NCBI RefSeq assembly: GCF_009914755.1
Contig: NC_060940.1
DNA: 64,000 nucleotides
Reading direction: 5' to 3' (one strand)
Origin: the human T2T-CHM13v2.0 reference genome, Homo sapiens
The notes beneath the pieces are model-generated. The model did not search any database and was not told where the DNA came from. It saw only the letters and a program-made list of their open reading frames with translations. The position numbers were made by a program, and so were the translations under genes. Positions within the stretch are counted from its first letter, which is position 1, and each line of letters opens with the position of its first letter. Of the stretch, positions 58,938-64,000 are shown piece after piece.

Positions 58938-60135
58938 GTCTCTTAAACCAGGCAACTTTCACGTTTTGGGAGTTGAGACTGAGCAATTTCTCCTTGTAAC
59001 AAAGAATCTCCATGAAATTCTGTTTCATCTGTTAACCGTCACTCAGCACAACACTCCCTCTGGGCTCTCTTCCTGCTCCTCCAGATTCTGCTGCTTTCCA
59101 GTTCTCTGTTGATCCTGAGACTAACAGTTGGAGACTGAGGCCAGAGCAACTGGCTCCTGGCAGCTGTGCTTGTCCGTTTCCTGTCAGAGTGATCCCAGGT
59201 TTCCTCCTGGCCCGTCCCATGGTCCCTCCACAGGAGTGTGAGAGGATGGGGGAAGCACTGTGGGAAGACCACCAAAGATGGCTGGACAGTGGGAGAGAGC
59301 ACGTTGTGAAGCATCCCAGCCTCGTGTTGAGGTTCCAGACTTAGAAACAGACCCCTCTGTACAGGGGGATTGTGGTGAGTGAGAATCAAGGCCACCTTGT
59401 GTGTTTTCTCACTCTCGAATGCAAGTGGGAGAGGGAAAATGACTCGGGACGCCATTGTAACGGTTCCTGGAAGCTGGGCCCTCTCATTGGCATATACAGT
59501 ACTCCTCGCTGCAGGGCACTGTCCCACCGGGATCCAGTTGCAAAGTTTGTCTTGACAGTTGAAGGCCTCGCTTAGTTGTACTGGATTCTCAGGGAGCCCT
59601 CTGTGGCCTTTTGCTTTGCGTGCTGTTTCCCTTGTACCAGAGGGCGGCACCGTGGAAATTCTGTTTTCCCTGTAGCATATTGTGTTGGATTGCATTACTG
59701 GCAGAGAAAGGACAAGGTGCCATTCAAGTCCTAGGGTGGGCTTCCAGCTGCCTTAATAGAAGTACTCAAGTCTTTTGGGTAGTGAGCTGGAAAGCCTACA
59801 GGAAAAGAGGGGTACCTGTTTTCATTTGAAAACTTTGATTCATGGAACCTTTAAAACTAATCTCAGAAAAATTTTTGGTGCCCATGCAGCTGTAGTTGTT
59901 CACTGCTTTCCTGGATGGATGGGACTCTTATGTCATAACTTCTGTTACTCCTTTGGCCCATAGCTAAGGTCATCCTTCCCCACAGGGGTGGCTTTGGGAT
60001 TGGATGATACAGCTTTTGCTTCTGTGTAGTATACCTGTACATACTTGTTTCAGGCAGCCTTTCTTTAATGTTTTCAGTTGGTTTGTATTCTGTAGCTCAG
60101 TAGCTGCTAATAAAGTTAAAGATCCTGTGTCCTGC
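58938..60135 (+). other. IST1: IST1 3'UTR (proximal poly(A) form)
   Basis: About 1.2 kb with no recognisable repeats between the stop codon and AATAAA at 60109. Confidence 0.8.
60109..60114 (+). terminator. IST1 polyadenylation signal AATAAA
   Basis: AATAAA with several upstream TGTA motifs (60020-60095) and a downstream GT/T-rich tract (tgtgtcctgctttctctactgtttgg). Confidence 0.85.
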
Positions 60136-60357
60136 TTTCTCTACTGTTTGGTCAGATGATGAAGTATAAATCTGGATTTTAGTGGAGAATATTTTAACCA
60201 AGTGATCCATGTAAACCAGCCCTTAGTTTCAGGATTCCTGGAGCAGTACAGAGCTCATTTTGATCTCTGTATTTAGATAGCCCAGATAGCATCTGTGAAT
60301 TTCCTTGGTCTTCCTCAGTGGCAGGGCTCCGCATCTGCCATGCCTCATCCTTGGATG

Positions 60358-60363
60358 TTTATT
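60358..60363 (-). terminator. Candidate PKD1L3 poly(A) signal (AATAAA on minus strand)
   Basis: TTTATT on + strand about 300 nt downstream of the PKD1L3 stop. Confidence 0.35.
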
Positions 60364-60661
60364 TTTAGTAAGTTGCAGTGAGCTCACTTCTGACTGCTTC
60401 ATTTCCTGCAGCCATCCTGGGCCATGGGTGGTGAGTTCTGTTACTTGCTGCTTGGCAGCAGAGCTAGTTTGTCTCGTAGTATTCTTGCATTGTTAATCCT
60501 ATCTTGACAGTGCCAAGATCCATAAGAACTTGGGACCAAGGGGATTTTGATTCCTAACTTACAGAATTAAAAACAAAGTATATTATAATTTTAAAGCTAT
60601 GCCATGCAAAGATAAGTAGTAATACGCTAATAAATACTAAGCCAAGTAGGAGATAACAGGA

Positions 60662-60802
60662 TTAAGGTAGTTCATCTAAAACTTCAGTGTCACTGCCCAC
60701 TGCTGTCGTGGCTGCTTGCTCAGATGAGGTTTTTTGGGGCCAACTGATTCCTAACAAATTTGAGAGCTTCTGTAGCAGTGTATCTATTAGTGCAGCTTCT
60801 TT
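60662..60802 (-). CDS. PKD1L3: PKD1L3 last coding exon (cytoplasmic tail)
   Basis: Minus strand: ...tcttcaatactcag|KEAALIDTLLQKLSNLLGISWPQKTSSEQAATTAVGSDTEVLDELP TAA (141 nt, phase 0). Confidence 0.88.
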   Translation of the reverse strand, partial: KEAALIDTLLQKLSNLLGISWPQKTSSEQAATTAVGSDTEVLDELP

Positions 60803-61175
60803 CTGAGTATTGAAGACAAAAAGAGAAAAGTGAGAAAATTGAAATTACTGCTAATAGTGGAGTAAAAAAAGTACCAAAGATTTTTAAAAAATTAGTAAAT
60901 GTAAAGATACTATTTCTTTAATAATTTGCAGTCAGGCATTGGAGTGTTTCCACTAATGGTTGCGAGCCAACTATTTATAGGACAATGGCTATAGAATATT
61001 ATGTAGTCTTATAAATTGGGTTTCCTAGGAAGATAGCTGGCAGAGCTTTTGAAACTAATAAAGGGAATATGATACTGTGCATTATAAATTATGTCAGCCC
61101 GTCATCTTAGGGGCAGTTACAGTGGAGCTTTCCCAGTGATATAATAGCATGCTAGTTTATCTTTTAGTTACCTAC

Positions 61176-61307
61176 CTTAAGCGACTTTCTTTCTTTTCCA
61201 AAGGCCATGAGAATGGCCGAAACGAAAAGATTAATTACCACAAGTACCATCAAGATGACACTGGTGAGGATCAGAAAGGTGCCCAGGACTGGGTCTAAAG
61301 CGAAAAC
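61176..61307 (-). CDS. PKD1L3: PKD1L3 penultimate exon (last transmembrane helix of the polycystin channel domain)
   Basis: Minus strand: ttttcccag|VFALDPVLGTFLILTSVILMVLVVINLFVSAILMAFGKERKSLK|gtaggt; polycystin S6-like NLFVSAI motif; lies within ORF 61164..61367. Confidence 0.9.
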
Positions 61308-62449
61308 CTGGGAAAACAATAAGAACACTTGCAGTGACTGACAATTTAGTTTATACTTTACAAACATAAGCTATATGCTAGTGTTTGGGATCTTATCAGA
61401 AGAAAAGCTTATCCGAAGGAAACTTAGGGAGAGAGTCAAAAGATAATAAGAAGGAAAATACTTTTAAATGGACAGAAGAGCAGGAATGACTCATTTTAAG
61501 GAGGTTAAGATAATTGTGACTGCAGGGCTTTCACAAGAAAACAGGTGAGTTGCAGTGGAATTGGAAATGATTCAAATGTCACATGAGTTTTGGCAAAAAA
61601 TACATCTAATCATGGAAGCTAAAAGTGGGAGGGGGGTAAGCAAACACTGAAAGATTAAATGCATACCAGAAATGAGAATGCACACTGTCTCTGCCATATC
61701 AAGAAACTACAACCCTAAACACAGGAGCATTCCAATAAAAGTTAACAGGTTGGCCACAGAAAACTGGCTTTTTAGTATTTTTTTTTTTCCATTGTCATTT
61801 TTAAAGGTACAAGCATTGAGTTCTGCCATTCTTTACTTTTCTGCATACATAAATATCAAGTTCTGGGCTTATTGGAATGGTTCCCATAACAAAAACTGTT
61901 GTTTAAAATTTAGATGTTCTTTTTCAACAAATGGTATTTATTTTCCCTTGGTATTGGCCCATTCATTGTTGCCACTAGGGCACTGTTTAAAAATATCCCA
62001 ACAGAGGGGTTGATTACAGTCAATGTCACCCTGATGGAAATCTATATGGCAAAATATTTTCAAGCACCAAACTGTTTTACCTACTTAAAAATGATTATTA
62101 TAACAATTTCAGGTCAACCAGATAATGTGGGCAATCTCTGAGTTTGTGATACAAGACTTATTTCCAATAAGTTTATTTTTATGTACAATTTTACTGTTTA
62201 TTTTTTGTTTGCTCTATTTGTTTTTTAATGTTTTTTACTTTATGTTTACTGTATTTTTATGTACAATTACATCCAAAGCAGAAAAGTTCCTTTTTTATCC
62301 CCAAAAGGAGGTGTCAGCAAAAATTTGTTACTCTGATTACTTCCTTCACAGCTTTAGGATACGAAGTGCTGCAGTGGCAAAGGCTCATCCCCTAGTTATT
62401 GGAGCTAGAACCACAACAGAACACAGCCTAGTCAGCCAAAACAGCAGTT

Positions 62450-63275
<826 letters not shown>

Positions 63276-64000
63276 GAAACTGAACCTACCCATTTTAATT
63301 AGTAATTTTGGAATTCTAGATCATTAGAATGATCAACCATGATCAAAATCTTGCCAGTTTCACTGCTTAAATGGCAGGTTTTTCCTTGCTTGGTCATATC
63401 TACCCTTTACATACCAGGGTTTGGAGCCCAGTGCCTCATTTGGGTTTCCTACTTTATATGTTGAGGAGGAAGGCAGGGATTTCTGTTGGTAGTTCCTGGG
63501 AGGAAATAATAGGCTCTCTGAAGTGAGTAGTTATTAACTCAACAGAAATAACGCAGTTTCTCTTAGAACTGTACCTTCCTAATTCTTTGTCACTTCCATT
63601 ATGTCACTTTTTTTTTTTGAGACAGTTTCACTGTCTTGCCCAGGCTGGAGTGCAGTGGCACAATCTCAGCTCACTGCAACCTCCGCCTGCCAGGTTAAGG
63701 CAATTCTCCTGCATCAACCTCCTGAGGAGCTGGGATTACAGGTGTGCACCACCACGCCTGGCTAGGCTAATTTTTGTGTTTTTATTAGAGATGGGGTTTC
63801 ACCATGTTGGCCAGGCTGGTCTTGAACTCCTGACCTCAAAAGTGATCCGCTGGCTTCGGCTTCCCAAAGTATTAGGATTATAGGCATGAGCCACCGCACC
63901 TGGCCTTTTTTTTTTTTTTTTTTTTTTTAATTTAAATAGACATAGGGTCTGGAGTGTAGTGGCATGATCATGGCTTATTGCAGCTTCCAACTCCTGGGCT

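Noticed and set aside
59634-59652. CTCF-like ACCAGAGGGCGG in the IST1 3'UTR
   Set aside because: Only a partial match, lacking the upstream CC; not supportable without ChIP data.

Overview
Primate, most likely human, genomic DNA that is extremely Alu-dense, carrying the gene order ZNF821 <- / -> IST1 -> / <- PKD1L3 (recognised from protein memory as the human 16q22 locus). Minus strand, left: the 5' end of ZNF821, with a CpG-island promoter (~14.6-15.8 kb), two 5'UTR exons and a first coding exon encoding MSRRKQTNPNKVH; the rest of the gene runs off the left edge. Plus strand: the complete IST1 gene (ESCRT-III factor), with a CpG-island promoter (~26.1-27.4 kb), non-coding exon 1, a 20-kb intron 1 and nine GT-AG coding exons (46774-58937). 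These join into 1095 nt = 364 aa, followed by a poly(A) signal at 60109. Minus strand, right: the last two coding exons of PKD1L3, converging tail-to-tail on IST1. The rest is dozens of Alus (many nested or tandem), fragmented old L1s, L2/MIR relics, two solo LTRs (LTR10C-like, LTR16-like) and MER2/MER44/MER58-type DNA transposons. No tRNA, rRNA or CRISPR, and no wholly new gene system was found; most ORF-track entries are Alu or CpG-island artefacts. The most interesting signals are in IST1's isoform architecture: a dual-coding last exon switched by a 4-nt tandem acceptor, an LTR-derived candidate terminal exon giving a core-only protein, stop-free circular ORFs from back-splicing, an N-terminal extension exon and an overlapping uORF. 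ZNF821 also begins with a NuRD-recruiting motif. Repeat family names and boundaries are by-eye calls and approximate.
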